From Actinomycetota bacterium (GTDB taxonomy: Bacteria; Actinomycetota; UBA4738; HRBIN12), in contig DASSSA010000133.1 in assembly GCA_035701505.1 (NCBI GenBank), positions 11,748-75,747 of the forward strand: a stretch of DNA of 64,000 nucleotides, read 5' to 3'. A model generated the notes under the pieces. The model worked only from the letters and a program-made list of their open reading frames with translations. It was not told the origin of the DNA and did no database searches. Positions 53,487-62,966 of the stretch are shown here, in pieces. Made by a program: the position numbers and the translations under genes. Numbering within the stretch: position 1 is the first letter of the stretch; the number at the start of each line of letters is the position of its first letter.

Positions 53487-54317
53487 TCACGGCCGGCGTC
53501 CCACGACGACCCGATCGCGGCCCGCCAGGTCGGGCACGATCCGCACGTCCCCGTAGGAGCGCTCCATGACCTTCGCCACCTCAGGACCCTGTGCCGCGCC
53601 GATCTCGACCGCCAGCGCCCCGCCCGGGCGCAGCCATCGAATGGCCTCGGCGGCCAGCCGCTCGTGGAGTCGAGTCCCGCCGACGAGCGCCACGCGAGGA
53701 TCCGCCCGGACCTCGGCCGGCAGGTCCTCGTATTCGACAGCGGTCACGTACGGCGGATTGCTCACCACGAGGTCCACCGCTCCGCGGAGCTCGATCGGCA
53801 GGGGCTCGAGCAGGTCGCCGCGGAGAACCGTGATGCTCGGGCAGAGGCGCGCCCCGTTCTCCCGGGCGAGCTCGACGGCTTGGGGTGACAGGTCGGTGGC
53901 GAAGACCCTGGACCCCGGCCTTTCGTTCGCGATGGCCAGGGCCACGGCTCCCGTCCCCGTCCCCACGTCCACGACCACCGGCTCCCGTCGTTCACCGAGA
54001 AACTGCAGGGCCACGTCGACGAGCACCTCCGTCTCGGGCCGGGGGATGAACACGCCGGGGCGCACCGTCACCGTGATCCGGCGGAATGCCTGCTCGCCGG
54101 TGAGGTGTTGCAGCGGGGTCCCGGCGCACCGCTGGCAGACTGCCCGGCCGAACGTCCGAGCCTCGTTCATGGACAGGCCCTCGATCCGCGCGTACAGACC
54201 CGCCCGGTCCGTCGAGAGGACCGTCATCATCAGCGCCTCGGCGGCTTCCCGCGCGCCGTCGACGCCATGCCGCTCGAGGTAGGCCGTGGCCCGGGTCAGG
54301 ACCTCGGACGGTCGCAT
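53487..54317 (-). CDS. prmC: Release-factor glutamine N5-methyltransferase
   Basis: SAM motif VDVGTGTGAVAL and NPPY (VSNPPYV). Confidence 0.9.
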   Translation of the reverse strand: MRPSEVLTRATAYLERHGVDGAREAAEALMMTVLSTDRAGLYARIEGLSMNEARTFGRAVCQRCAGTPLQHLTGEQAFRRITVTVRPGVFIPRPETEVLVDVALQFLGERREPVVVDVGTGTGAVALAIANERPGSRVFATDLSPQAVELARENGARLCPSITVLRGDLLEPLPIELRGAVDLVVSNPPYVTAVEYEDLPAEVRADPRVALVGGTRLHERLAAEAIRWLRPGGALAVEIGAAQGPEVAKVMERSYGDVRIVPDLAGRDRVVVGRRP

Positions 54318-54321
54318 CGGA

Positions 54322-55401
54322 TCACCCTCGCCCGTCGCCGCCGAGCTGCTCGGCTCGTTCCGCTGCCAGGAGCCCGTCGACGAACTCGTCGATGTCCCCC
54401 TCGAGGACGTCGTGGAGCCGATGGGCGGTGAGCTTGATCCGATGGTCGGTCACCCGGTTCTCGGGGAAGTTGTACGTCCGGATCTTCTCGGCCCGTTCCC
54501 CCGTCCCCACCTGGGCCCGTCGTGCCGCGGCCTCCTTCTGCTGGGCCTCCTCCTGGGCACGGCTGAGGAGCCGGGCCCGCAGATACCGCATGGCCTTCTC
54601 CCGGTTCTGGAGCTGGGACCGCTCCTCCTGTGTCGCCACGACGATGCCGGTCGGCAGGTGGGTTATGCGAACGGCGGAGTCCGTCGTGTTCACGGACTGC
54701 CCGCCGGGGCCGGAGGAACGGTACACGTCGATCTTCAGGTCCTCGGGCCGGATCTGGAGGTCGACCTCCTCCGCCTCGGGGAGAACCGCCACCGTGGCCG
54801 TGGAGGTGTGGATCCGGCCTCCGGACTCGGTCACCGGGACGCGTTGGACCCGGTGAACGCCGGACTCGTGCTTCAGCCGTGAATAGGCACCCTTCCCCTT
54901 GACCTCCAGGACCAGCTCCTTGAACCCGCCGAGGTCCGAGGGCGAGGCCGACAGGACCTCGGTCTTCCACCCGTGCCGCTCGGCGAAGTGGCGGTACATC
55001 TCGAACAGCTCACCGGCCCACAGAGCCGCTTCTTGCCCGCCCGCGCCGGCTCTGATCTCGACGATCACGTCCCGCTCGTCGTTCGGGTCCTTGGGGACGA
55101 GCAGCTGTTCCAGCAGGGCCTGGAGGGACGTCGCCTTGCTCTCGGCGGCCTCGGCCTCCTGCCGCAGGTACGCAGCCATCTCCGGATCCTGCTCCGAGGC
55201 GGCCATGGCCCCGGCCTCTTCAGCCTGGCGCCGGGCGTCCTTGTATTCGCGGTACGGGCCGACGATCTCCCCCAGCTCGGCGAGGTCCTTGCCCAGCCGG
55301 CGCAAGCGGTCGCGATCGGCGACCACGTCGGGCGAGGCCATCTCCGCGGAGAGCTGGTCGTAGCGCTGCTCGACGTCCGACAGGCGTGCTTCGATATCCA
55401 T
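54322..55401 (-). CDS. prfA: Peptide chain release factor 1
   Basis: GGQ motif (SGPGGQSVNTTDSAVR) and a PxT-type stop-codon recognition region. 359 aa. Confidence 0.95.
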   Translation of the reverse strand: MDIEARLSDVEQRYDQLSAEMASPDVVADRDRLRRLGKDLAELGEIVGPYREYKDARRQAEEAGAMAASEQDPEMAAYLRQEAEAAESKATSLQALLEQLLVPKDPNDERDVIVEIRAGAGGQEAALWAGELFEMYRHFAERHGWKTEVLSASPSDLGGFKELVLEVKGKGAYSRLKHESGVHRVQRVPVTESGGRIHTSTATVAVLPEAEEVDLQIRPEDLKIDVYRSSGPGGQSVNTTDSAVRITHLPTGIVVATQEERSQLQNREKAMRYLRARLLSRAQEEAQQKEAAARRAQVGTGERAEKIRTYNFPENRVTDHRIKLTAHRLHDVLEGDIDEFVDGLLAAERAEQLGGDGRG

Positions 55402-55452
55402 GCACTCGATTATCCGAAACGGGAGGGGGCGGGCGGGCGCCCGCCCCCTCGT

Positions 55453-56220
55453 TCAGTCGTCCTCGTCGTCCCAGCCGAGATCGAGGGGGGGGATCTCGGG
55501 GAACGTGAGGTCAACCGTCTCGGAGGACGTGAAGAGCTCTTCGGCCTGCCGCGGAGGCGGGCCATGCTGATCGGGCCCCTGCATGGTCGGCTCGGCCCAG
55601 CCGGCCCACGTGTCGGCGATGGGCGGGGGCCGACCCGGCTCGGCGTCCGGTATCTCCCGGACGTCGCCGCCTGCGTCACGGCGCTCGATGGTGTCTTCGA
55701 GCTCCTTGGCCACGCCGATCACGCGCTCCTGCATCTGCGACAGCTGCTGGACGAGTTCGTCACGCCGGGTGGACAGGCCGGCGATGGTCCGGTCGGCCCG
55801 CTCCCGGGCCCTTCGAAGGTGCCGCTCGGCCTCGGCTCGCGCTTCCTCCGCCCGGGTCTGGGCATCGAGCCGCACCCGGTCGGCTTCGGCGCGAGCCTCA
55901 CGCAGGACCCGGTCGGACTCCTGGCCGGCTTCCCGCTGGATCCGGGCCGCTTCCTGATCGGCCGACCGAAGCAGATCGCTCACCCGGCGGGCCAGCTTCT
56001 CGTACGGATCGCCCCTGGACGCCTGGGCCTGCTGGGCCGACTCGGCCTCCAGCCGAGCTTCCTTGACCATCGCCGCCATGTCCCCGACCTGCATGGCCAG
56101 CTGCTCCAGGTAATCGCGAACCTGGTCGGGGTCGTAGCCGCGTCGCGTGGTCACGAACTCGCGGCGGCGGATGTGTTCCGGCGTCAGCAGGACGGGGAGA
56201 TCGAGCTCGGCCGGGGACAT
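55453..56220 (-). CDS. DivIVA-domain protein with long charged coiled-coil
   Basis: N-terminal DivIVA motif LTPEHIRRREFVTTRRGYDPDQVRDYLEQL, then an Arg/Glu/Ala-rich coiled coil. Confidence 0.75.
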   Translation of the reverse strand: MSPAELDLPVLLTPEHIRRREFVTTRRGYDPDQVRDYLEQLAMQVGDMAAMVKEARLEAESAQQAQASRGDPYEKLARRVSDLLRSADQEAARIQREAGQESDRVLREARAEADRVRLDAQTRAEEARAEAERHLRRARERADRTIAGLSTRRDELVQQLSQMQERVIGVAKELEDTIERRDAGGDVREIPDAEPGRPPPIADTWAGWAEPTMQGPDQHGPPPRQAEELFTSSETVDLTFPEIPPLDLGWDDEDD

Positions 56221-56321
56221 GACAGCCTCCTGATCGCTTCGACTCGGGGGACCGTGGGGAAGACTCTAGGGCCGTGGGCCGCCGATTCAACGACCTGGCC
56301 CGATGTCTCGGCGAGGGCCCC

Positions 56322-57224
56322 TCAGGCTTCCGTGGCCGGGAGTTGCGCCTCCCGGCGCAACACCTCGTTGAACGAGGCGATGGCCACCTCGATCTCCCCC
56401 CGGTCCGGGGGCTTCGTCGTGATCTTCTGGAGCCACAGCCCGGGAGCCATCACGGCCCGCATGACCGGCGAGCGCTCGTGCCGCGCGCCCAGGCGCAACA
56501 CTTCGAACGCAAGTCCGGCGATGACGGGGATGGCAAGGATGCGGGACCCGATCCGCCACCAGAGGCCGGGGTTGCCGAAGGCCGCGAACACCAGGATCGC
56601 GATCACCATGACGATCAGCAGGAAGTTCGTGCCGCAGCGGGGGTGAAGCGTCGAGTACCGGTCGACGTTCTCCGGGACGAGAGTCTCGTCGTGCTCGTAG
56701 GTGGCGATGGTCTTGTGCTCCGCCCCGTGGTACTCGAAGACCCGACGGATCTCTCTCGCCCGCCCGATCAGCACGAGGTAGCCGAGGAAGAGCGCCACCC
56801 GGAACACTCCCTCCAAGACATTGACCAGGACGCCCGAGCCGACGCGATGGCCCACCCACCGGAAGGCGATGGCGGGGCCCACGACGAAGATGCCGACGAA
56901 CAGCGCGAGGGCGACCGTCATCGACAGCGCCATCTGCCGTGACGAGAGACGCACGTCCTCGGGTGAGGACTCGTTCGCCGAGATGGACAGGGCCTTGACC
57001 CCGATGGCGAGGGCCTGTCCCAGGGCGATGATGCCGCGGAAGAACGGTTGGCGGAGGATCCGGAACCGCCGGGCGATGGAGTGGACATCGTGCGACTCGA
57101 TGTGGATGGATCGATCCGGCCTGCGAATGGCCACAGCCCACACGTCGCGGCCGCGCATCATGACGCCCTCCATGACGGCCTGACCGCCGTAGAAGTGGTG
57201 GGCAGCGGGGCGATCGTTGCCCAT
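56322..57224 (-). CDS. DUF1385-family membrane-associated protein (YqhQ-like)
   Basis: N-terminal YGGQAVMEGVMMRG, and HGAEH in the middle. Conserved neighbour of rpmE/prfA in Gram-positives. Confidence 0.8.
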   Translation of the reverse strand: MGNDRPAAHHFYGGQAVMEGVMMRGRDVWAVAIRRPDRSIHIESHDVHSIARRFRILRQPFFRGIIALGQALAIGVKALSISANESSPEDVRLSSRQMALSMTVALALFVGIFVVGPAIAFRWVGHRVGSGVLVNVLEGVFRVALFLGYLVLIGRAREIRRVFEYHGAEHKTIATYEHDETLVPENVDRYSTLHPRCGTNFLLIVMVIAILVFAAFGNPGLWWRIGSRILAIPVIAGLAFEVLRLGARHERSPVMRAVMAPGLWLQKITTKPPDRGEIEVAIASFNEVLRREAQLPATEA

Positions 57225-57238
57225 CCTCGACGTGACGA

Positions 57239-57451
57239 TCAGGACTGCGCGGACCGTTGTCCGTACCGGCGCTGGAACCGCTCCACGCGGCCACCGGTGT
57301 CGACCAGCTTCTGCTTGCCCGTGTAGAAGGGATGGCAGTTCGAGCAGATCTCGACCCGAAGCTCCGGCTTGGTGGAACGCGTGGTGAACGTGTTCCCGCA
57401 GGAACAGCGCACGGTGGCCTTGACGTATTCGGGGTGGATTCCCTGTTTCAT
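57239..57451 (-). CDS. rpmE: 50S ribosomal protein L31 (zinc-ribbon type)
   Basis: [47 protein letters not shown]. Confidence 0.95.
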   Translation of the reverse strand: MKQGIHPEYVKATVRCSCGNTFTTRSTKPELRVEICSNCHPFYTGKQKLVDTGGRVERFQRRYGQRSAQS

Positions 57452-57491
57452 TCGGTTCCTCGTCTCCTCATTGTGGGTTCGGCCGGCAAGC

Positions 57492-59096
57492 TTACGAGGC
57501 CGGCGCCTTGGCGATCTCCTTCAGGAACTGCTCGTTGGACTTGGTTGCCCGGATCTTGTCCACCAGGAGCTCGAGCGCAGCGCCCGCCTCCAGCGCGTGG
57601 AGGACCCGGCGGAGCCGCCACACCAGGGCCAGCTCCTCCTGGGGCATTAACAGCTCCTCCTTGCGGGTACTGGAGGCTTCGACGTTGATAGCCGGGAAGA
57701 TCCGCTTCTCGGCCAGGGTACGGTCCAGTCGGATCTCCATGTTCCCGGTGCCCTTGAACTCCTCGAAGATGCCCTCGTCCATCCGGGATCCCGTCTCGAC
57801 GAGCGCGCTCGCGATGATTGTGAGCGATCCGCCCTCCTCGATGTTGCGGGCGGCGCCGAAGAATCGCCTCGGCGGGTACAGCGCGGTCGAGTCGATCCCG
57901 CCGGACAGGATCTTGCCCGATGCCGGCGCGGCCAGGTTGTAGGCCCGGGCCAGCCGGGTGATCGAGTCCAGGATGATGGCCACGTCGTTGCCCATCTCGG
58001 CCAGGCGCTTGGCCCGCTCCAGGACGAGCTCGGTCACCTGGATGTGCTGGTCCGGCGGCTTGTCGAAGGTCGAGTAGACGACCTCGGCAGCCTGAACCGT
58101 CCGCTGCCAGTCGGTGACCTCCTCGGGCCGCTCGTCCACGAGCAGCACGATCACGTGGGTCTCCGGATTGGAGGTCAGGATCCCGTTCGCGATGTTCTTC
58201 AGCACGGTGGTCTTGCCGGCCTTGGGTGGCGAGACCACCATCCCCCGCTGGCCCTTCCCGATCGGCGCGACCATGTCGATGATCCTCGCGGTCACGTCGG
58301 TCGGCGAGCTCTCCAAACGGAAACGCTCGTGGGGGAAGAGCGGCGTGAGCTTCTCGAAGACCGCCCGCTGCTTGGCCGTCTCGGGGTCGACCCCGTTCAC
58401 GCTCTCGATCTGGAGCAGCGCGAAGTACTTCTCGCTGTCCTTGGGCTGGCGGACCTTGCCGGTGACCACGTCGCCCTTGCGGAGCATGAATCGGCGGACC
58501 TGCGACAGCGATACGTAGATGTCCTCGGACCCCGGTAGATAGCCGGACGTTCGAAGGAATCCGTAGCCCTCCGGCAGAACGTCCAGAAGACCTGTAGCCG
58601 TGGGGGCGGTGGCGATCTCCTCCTCCCGGGCCTCCACCTCGCGCTGACGGCGCTCCTCCCGGAACCGTCGCCGCTCCTCGCGAGACAGCCGTCGCCGCCC
58701 CCCGTCGGGACCGGGCCTACCTTCCTGCCCCGGCCTACCTTCCGGTCTGGGCCTTACTTCTGACCCCGGCCTGCCCTCAGGGCGTCCGCCCGGCTCGCGA
58801 ACCTCACGCGGCTCCGTGCGGGTAGGGGCCGCCGCGGACTCGCCGTTGTCGGAGGCCTGGTTCCCTTGTTCCGCGGGAGAGGTCGGAGTCTCCGCCTGAG
58901 CCTCCGCCGGCCGCGGCGGGGACAGGTCCGTTTCTGTCCCTGCGTGACCATCCTGGCCCGCGGCCAGGATCGCGGCGACCAGCTCCGCCTTCTTCAGTTT
59001 CTGATGCCCCCCGATTCCCAGGCCGGCGGCGATCGTGTGTAGCTCCGACGCGACCTTGCCCTCGAGGACGCTCTTTTCCATCGTTTCGGGTGCCAA
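57492..59096 (-). CDS. rho: Transcription termination factor Rho, with an Arg/Gly/Pro-rich N-terminal insertion
   Basis: Walker A GKTTVL, Q-loop and R-loop. TTG start at 59094-59096 with GGGAGGAG 5 nt upstream (inside the tal 3' end). Alternative ATG at 59079-59081. Confidence 0.9.
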   Translation of the reverse strand: MAPETMEKSVLEGKVASELHTIAAGLGIGGHQKLKKAELVAAILAAGQDGHAGTETDLSPPRPAEAQAETPTSPAEQGNQASDNGESAAAPTRTEPREVREPGGRPEGRPGSEVRPRPEGRPGQEGRPGPDGGRRRLSREERRRFREERRQREVEAREEEIATAPTATGLLDVLPEGYGFLRTSGYLPGSEDIYVSLSQVRRFMLRKGDVVTGKVRQPKDSEKYFALLQIESVNGVDPETAKQRAVFEKLTPLFPHERFRLESSPTDVTARIIDMVAPIGKGQRGMVVSPPKAGKTTVLKNIANGILTSNPETHVIVLLVDERPEEVTDWQRTVQAAEVVYSTFDKPPDQHIQVTELVLERAKRLAEMGNDVAIILDSITRLARAYNLAAPASGKILSGGIDSTALYPPRRFFGAARNIEEGGSLTIIASALVETGSRMDEGIFEEFKGTGNMEIRLDRTLAEKRIFPAINVEASSTRKEELLMPQEELALVWRLRRVLHALEAGAALELLVDKIRATKSNEQFLKEIAKAPAS

Positions 59097-59759
59097 CTAG
59101 GCTCCTCCCTTCATATTCCGCTGAAGGGCTTGCCAGTCCTGAGCGAACTTCTGCAAGCCCACATCGGTCAGCGGATGTTTCACCAACTTGACGAACACGT
59201 CGTACGGCATGGTCGCGATATCCGCACCGGCGATGGCCGACTCCACCACGTGCATCGGGTGGCGGAGCGACGCCGCGAGGACGTTCGTATCGTAGCCCTG
59301 GATGTCATAGATCTCGCAGATCTGCCGGAGCGCGTACATCCCATCGGCGGCCACATCGTCGATCCGCCCCAGGAACGGCGAGACGATGTATGCCCCGATC
59401 TCGGCGGCCAGGATGGCCTGCGCCGGGGAGAACACCAGGGTCACGTTGATCCTGAAGCCATCGGCGACCAGCCGCTTGCCCGCCTCCAGGCCGTCGGGGG
59501 TCATGGGAACCTTCACCACCGCGTTGGGTCCCGTCTGAGCCAGTTGGACGCCCTGCTCGTACATAGGGTCCGCTTCCGGCTCGGTGGTCTCCAGGGACAC
59601 GTCCCCCTCCACCTCCGCCAGGATCTCCTTCCACAGAGCCTCCGGGTCGTCGTTCTCCTTGCTCACGAGGGTGGGATTGGTCGTCACTCCGGACAGGACC
59701 CCCCACCGGTTGATCTCGCGGATCTCCTCGAGGTTCGCGGTGTCAAGAAATAGCCTCAT
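59097..59759 (-). CDS. tal: Short (Fsa/TalC-type) transaldolase / fructose-6-phosphate aldolase family
   Basis: 220 aa. MRLFLDTANLEEIREI...GVTTNPTL with a Schiff-base Lys region. Start taken at ATG 59757-59759. Confidence 0.85.
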   Translation of the reverse strand: MRLFLDTANLEEIREINRWGVLSGVTTNPTLVSKENDDPEALWKEILAEVEGDVSLETTEPEADPMYEQGVQLAQTGPNAVVKVPMTPDGLEAGKRLVADGFRINVTLVFSPAQAILAAEIGAYIVSPFLGRIDDVAADGMYALRQICEIYDIQGYDTNVLAASLRHPMHVVESAIAGADIATMPYDVFVKLVKHPLTDVGLQKFAQDWQALQRNMKGGA

Positions 59760-60723
59760 GTGCTCCTTCCTTTCCGACGGGCGGGCGAACGCGCTCCCCG
59801 TCACGCGGTGCTGACCCGGTGATGCGCTCGGTCACCTTCTCCATAACCAGGTCGATGACGGCCGCGAGGGCCTGATCGAAGTTGTAGTTGGGGATGACCG
59901 GTACGCCATGGGACAGCGCTTGGCTCTTGATGTAGCGCTGGACCCGGCGGATCTTGTCGAACCCCTCCATGTACTTCGTCGCCGGACGCCCTGTATGGTC
60001 CGCCGACCGTGCAAGGAAGTGGTTGCGATGCAGCGCCTCGTCCTCCACCGTGACGATGACCGGCACGGCCATGACCCGGCCGCCCCGGGAGTCGAGGTCC
60101 ACGAACCCCGGCACCACGTGAGCCCCTTCGATGATCATCCTCATGCCCTCCACCGCCGCCCGTTCGAGCAGGGCATCGACACCGATCGACACCGCCGACA
60201 CCTGCTCCCGGAACCCCACCACGACGGCGTCCTTGGTCGGTGGCTCACGAAGGGCGTCGCCCGCCTCGAACGATGACTTGTACAGCGCCGGCATGAGCTC
60301 CCTGGAGAACACCCCCCGCATGACCTCGCGCACGGCATCCGTGGCCACCACCCGGACGATCCCCAGGCGCGTCGCGAGCTGGGTGGCGATGGTGGACTTC
60401 CCCACGCCGGTGGCCCCCCCGATCAGCACGATCAACGGGATATCCAGCGCGTCGACCTCCCGCCACCGGATATAGTTCTTCGCGTAGCGCTCGCCGGCCA
60501 GGTCCTCGATCACCGAGACGGCGATCCCGTCGAGCTCCCCGGTAGTGACCGAGGGCGATCCCAACTCGCGGAGTCGTTCCTCGATGCCCTCCGCGACCTG
60601 ATACGACCGCCAGGACGACAGTCCGGTCACCATCACCCGGGAAGCCATCAATCCCTTGGAGTAGGGAAGGCCCGTCTCCTTGTCGGAGATGAGGATGTGC
60701 TGGTTCTTGATGTCCTTGGTCAT
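59743..60723 (-). CDS. 2-phosphoglycerate kinase (ATP-cone plus P-loop kinase)
   Basis: N-terminal ATP-cone-like region (HILISDKETGLPYSKGLMASRVM), then P-loop LIGGATGVGKST. The ATG at 60721-60723 overlaps the cpgS stop (ATGA). Confidence 0.75.
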   Translation of the reverse strand: MTKDIKNQHILISDKETGLPYSKGLMASRVMVTGLSSWRSYQVAEGIEERLRELGSPSVTTGELDGIAVSVIEDLAGERYAKNYIRWREVDALDIPLIVLIGGATGVGKSTIATQLATRLGIVRVVATDAVREVMRGVFSRELMPALYKSSFEAGDALREPPTKDAVVVGFREQVSAVSIGVDALLERAAVEGMRMIIEGAHVVPGFVDLDSRGGRVMAVPVIVTVEDEALHRNHFLARSADHTGRPATKYMEGFDKIRRVQRYIKSQALSHGVPVIPNYNFDQALAAVIDLVMEKVTERITGSAPRDGERVRPPVGKEGAHEAIS

Positions 60724-62051
60724 CGCGCCTCGTGCCGCTTCACCGCGAGATCCAACGTCTCCGCGAGCAGGTTGGGGAGATCGGTCCCGGCGTCGACCGC
60801 CAGGGGACGGTTGTCCACGAAGACCACCGTGGCCCCTCGTGCCATGGCCCGCTCGCAGGCCACGTCCACGGCCGCCGCCTTCAGCTCCGTGAGGAGCACC
60901 TCGTACGCCTCTGCCTTCTCCAGGTCCTCCGTCAACCCCGACCGGTCGGCAAGGCGGGCGCTCCAACCCACCACCTTGCATCCGTAGCCTTCCTCCAGGG
61001 AAGCCATCTGCTTTGCTGCGACTGCCTCGGGTGCGGTGGTGGTGAAGAACGCCTCCTTGCCTCGAACGTCGCCCAGCGGAACCGGTTGGAGGTCCGTCAC
61101 GACGACCCGGGCATCACCGCGTATTCGCTGGACGTGGGATGTCAGGGCGAGGAGGTTCTCGGGCCCAGTGATCGGGCTCCCTGCCATTGTAAGCACCACC
61201 AGGTCCGATAGCAACAGTCGATAGGGGCCCAGGTAGCCGCCCACGTACTCCGGCGGTGCCGAGGCCGGTACGGCCAGGATCCCGGCGTCCCAGGGGATGG
61301 GAGGAACGGCCGAGCCGCTCCCCTCGAGGACGACCAGGCCCGCCCCGAGGCCCACGGCGAGCTCGGCGGCCTCCCGCACGTTCGAGGCGAACGGGGCCCC
61401 GGCCAATCCCCCGCCCGCCCGCCGGGCCCCGATGGTCGTGACGCCAGAGGTGACGGCATCCTCCAGGTAGTCGGACGCGGCATGCTCACCTCGTCGGACC
61501 AGGTCGAGCAGCCCGTCAAGCGTGACCGTCCCGGCCCGGGCCACCTGGGGCTCCGATGGACCCCCGCGGCCCATGGCCACCACGATGGGGTTGCGACCCA
61601 TCGCCTTGGCCACCCGAGCGACCGCGCCCCCGATCGCCGTCTTGCCCGTCCGTTTCCCCGTTCCGATCACTGCGACGGCGGGACACGGGAGAGGCGGGCC
61701 GGAGATGGGCGGGTCCAGCCGGAAGTCCGGGCCGAGGTACGGGATCCCCCGCACCAGGGAAACGGCGGCGAGCTCCATCCGCTCCCGGTAACCGACCACG
61801 GGCTCGTCCGACAGGTCGAGCACCGCCTCCGGCCTCACACCGTCGAGCGCATCGGCCAAGGCCGCCCTGATATCGGCTCCGGCGGGGAACGTGGCCAGGC
61901 CGAGGTCGGGAAGCGCCGACGGATCCACCTTCTCCGTCCCACCGAGGAACAGCGCGGCGACGACCTCGTGGCCCCTGCTCCGCGCGGCCTCGATCCCCCA
62001 CCTGGTCACCGGGGGGTAGTGTTCGCCGTCCACCAGGACGAGGACCCTCAC
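60720..62051 (-). CDS. cpgS: Cyclic 2,3-diphosphoglycerate synthetase (archaeal CpgS family)
   Basis: GTG start with GGAGGG 7 nt upstream. N-terminal VLVLVDGEHYPPV, typical of CPGS as I recall, and a P-loop-like AVIGTGKRTGKT. The track ORF is extended upstream by 93 junk codons. Confidence 0.7.
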   Translation of the reverse strand: MRVLVLVDGEHYPPVTRWGIEAARSRGHEVVAALFLGGTEKVDPSALPDLGLATFPAGADIRAALADALDGVRPEAVLDLSDEPVVGYRERMELAAVSLVRGIPYLGPDFRLDPPISGPPLPCPAVAVIGTGKRTGKTAIGGAVARVAKAMGRNPIVVAMGRGGPSEPQVARAGTVTLDGLLDLVRRGEHAASDYLEDAVTSGVTTIGARRAGGGLAGAPFASNVREAAELAVGLGAGLVVLEGSGSAVPPIPWDAGILAVPASAPPEYVGGYLGPYRLLLSDLVVLTMAGSPITGPENLLALTSHVQRIRGDARVVVTDLQPVPLGDVRGKEAFFTTTAPEAVAAKQMASLEEGYGCKVVGWSARLADRSGLTEDLEKAEAYEVLLTELKAAAVDVACERAMARGATVVFVDNRPLAVDAGTDLPNLLAETLDLAVKRHEAR

Positions 62052-62088
62052 GACGATCCCTCCGAAGATCGAGGCCTGGCGCTCGCGC

Positions 62089-62877
62089 CTACTCCGTGTG
62101 TACCGTGGCCTGCTGAACCGGCGGCTCGAACTCCCGGTAGAACTGCTCGCCTGAAGAGAGGGAGAAATGGGCGATGGCACTTCCGCCGCCGAACGGGAAC
62201 TTCCGGGTGATCTTGACCTCGTCCCCCTCGAACTCCAGTACGTTGTAGCAGGGTTTCGTGTACCCACGCAGCCGTAGGGACGCCACCGTCCCTGCGTTCG
62301 CGATGTACAGGTTTTCCAGCCGCCATACATACGGTACGTGCTTGTGCCCGGACAGCACGATGTTCACCCCAGCGGCGATGAGCACCTCGAGGAGATCGCC
62401 CGCATCCATCACCGTGCTCCGCTCGCGGCCCGTGCCGGGGACGGGAATCAGGTGATGGTGAAGGACGAACACCTTCAGCTCGGCGGGCTGGGAGAACTGC
62501 TCCCTGATCCACGGGTAGCGCTCCCGACCGATCTGGCCCTCGTTCAGGTCCGGCTCGCTCGAGTCGGCTCCGACCACCCGAACCCCTCCGACATCGATGG
62601 ACCAGTGACGGGGGCCGATCAGCTCCTCGAAATGCAAGTAACCGACGTTCCGGGCGTCATGGTTGCCGGGCACCGTAAACAAGGGGGACATGAGTCGCTC
62701 GGCGTACGCCACCCAGTTCTTGTACTCCTGGCGATAGCCCTCGTTCGTCAGGTCGCCGCTGCACACGACGATGTCGGGGGTGAGCTCGTTGATCTCCACG
62801 ATGACCCGGTTCATCAGGTTCGGCACGAAGTAGGGCGACCCGACATGGGGATCCGAGATGTGGGCAATCGTCACCAC
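62089..62877 (-). CDS. Calcineurin-like metallophosphoesterase
   Basis: Motifs DPH, GDL, GNHD and GHxH (ISDPHVG, CSGDLTNEG, PGNHDAR, LSGHKHVP). Confidence 0.8.
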   Translation of the reverse strand: MVTIAHISDPHVGSPYFVPNLMNRVIVEINELTPDIVVCSGDLTNEGYRQEYKNWVAYAERLMSPLFTVPGNHDARNVGYLHFEELIGPRHWSIDVGGVRVVGADSSEPDLNEGQIGRERYPWIREQFSQPAELKVFVLHHHLIPVPGTGRERSTVMDAGDLLEVLIAAGVNIVLSGHKHVPYVWRLENLYIANAGTVASLRLRGYTKPCYNVLEFEGDEVKITRKFPFGGGSAIAHFSLSSGEQFYREFEPPVQQATVHTE

Positions 62878-62966
62878 GGCCCCCCAGTGTAGCTTCGCGA
62901 ACGGGGCGGGCCCGGAGCTTCGCCCCCCGTTTGCCCACCGGACCGGCGTGGGACCATTCCCCGAAC

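Noticed and set aside
59079-59081. ATG (MEKSVLEG...) as the rho start
   Set aside because: No SD precedes it. The in-frame TTG at 59094-59096 has a near-ideal GGGAGGAG 5 nt upstream, so the TTG is preferred. This is uncertain.
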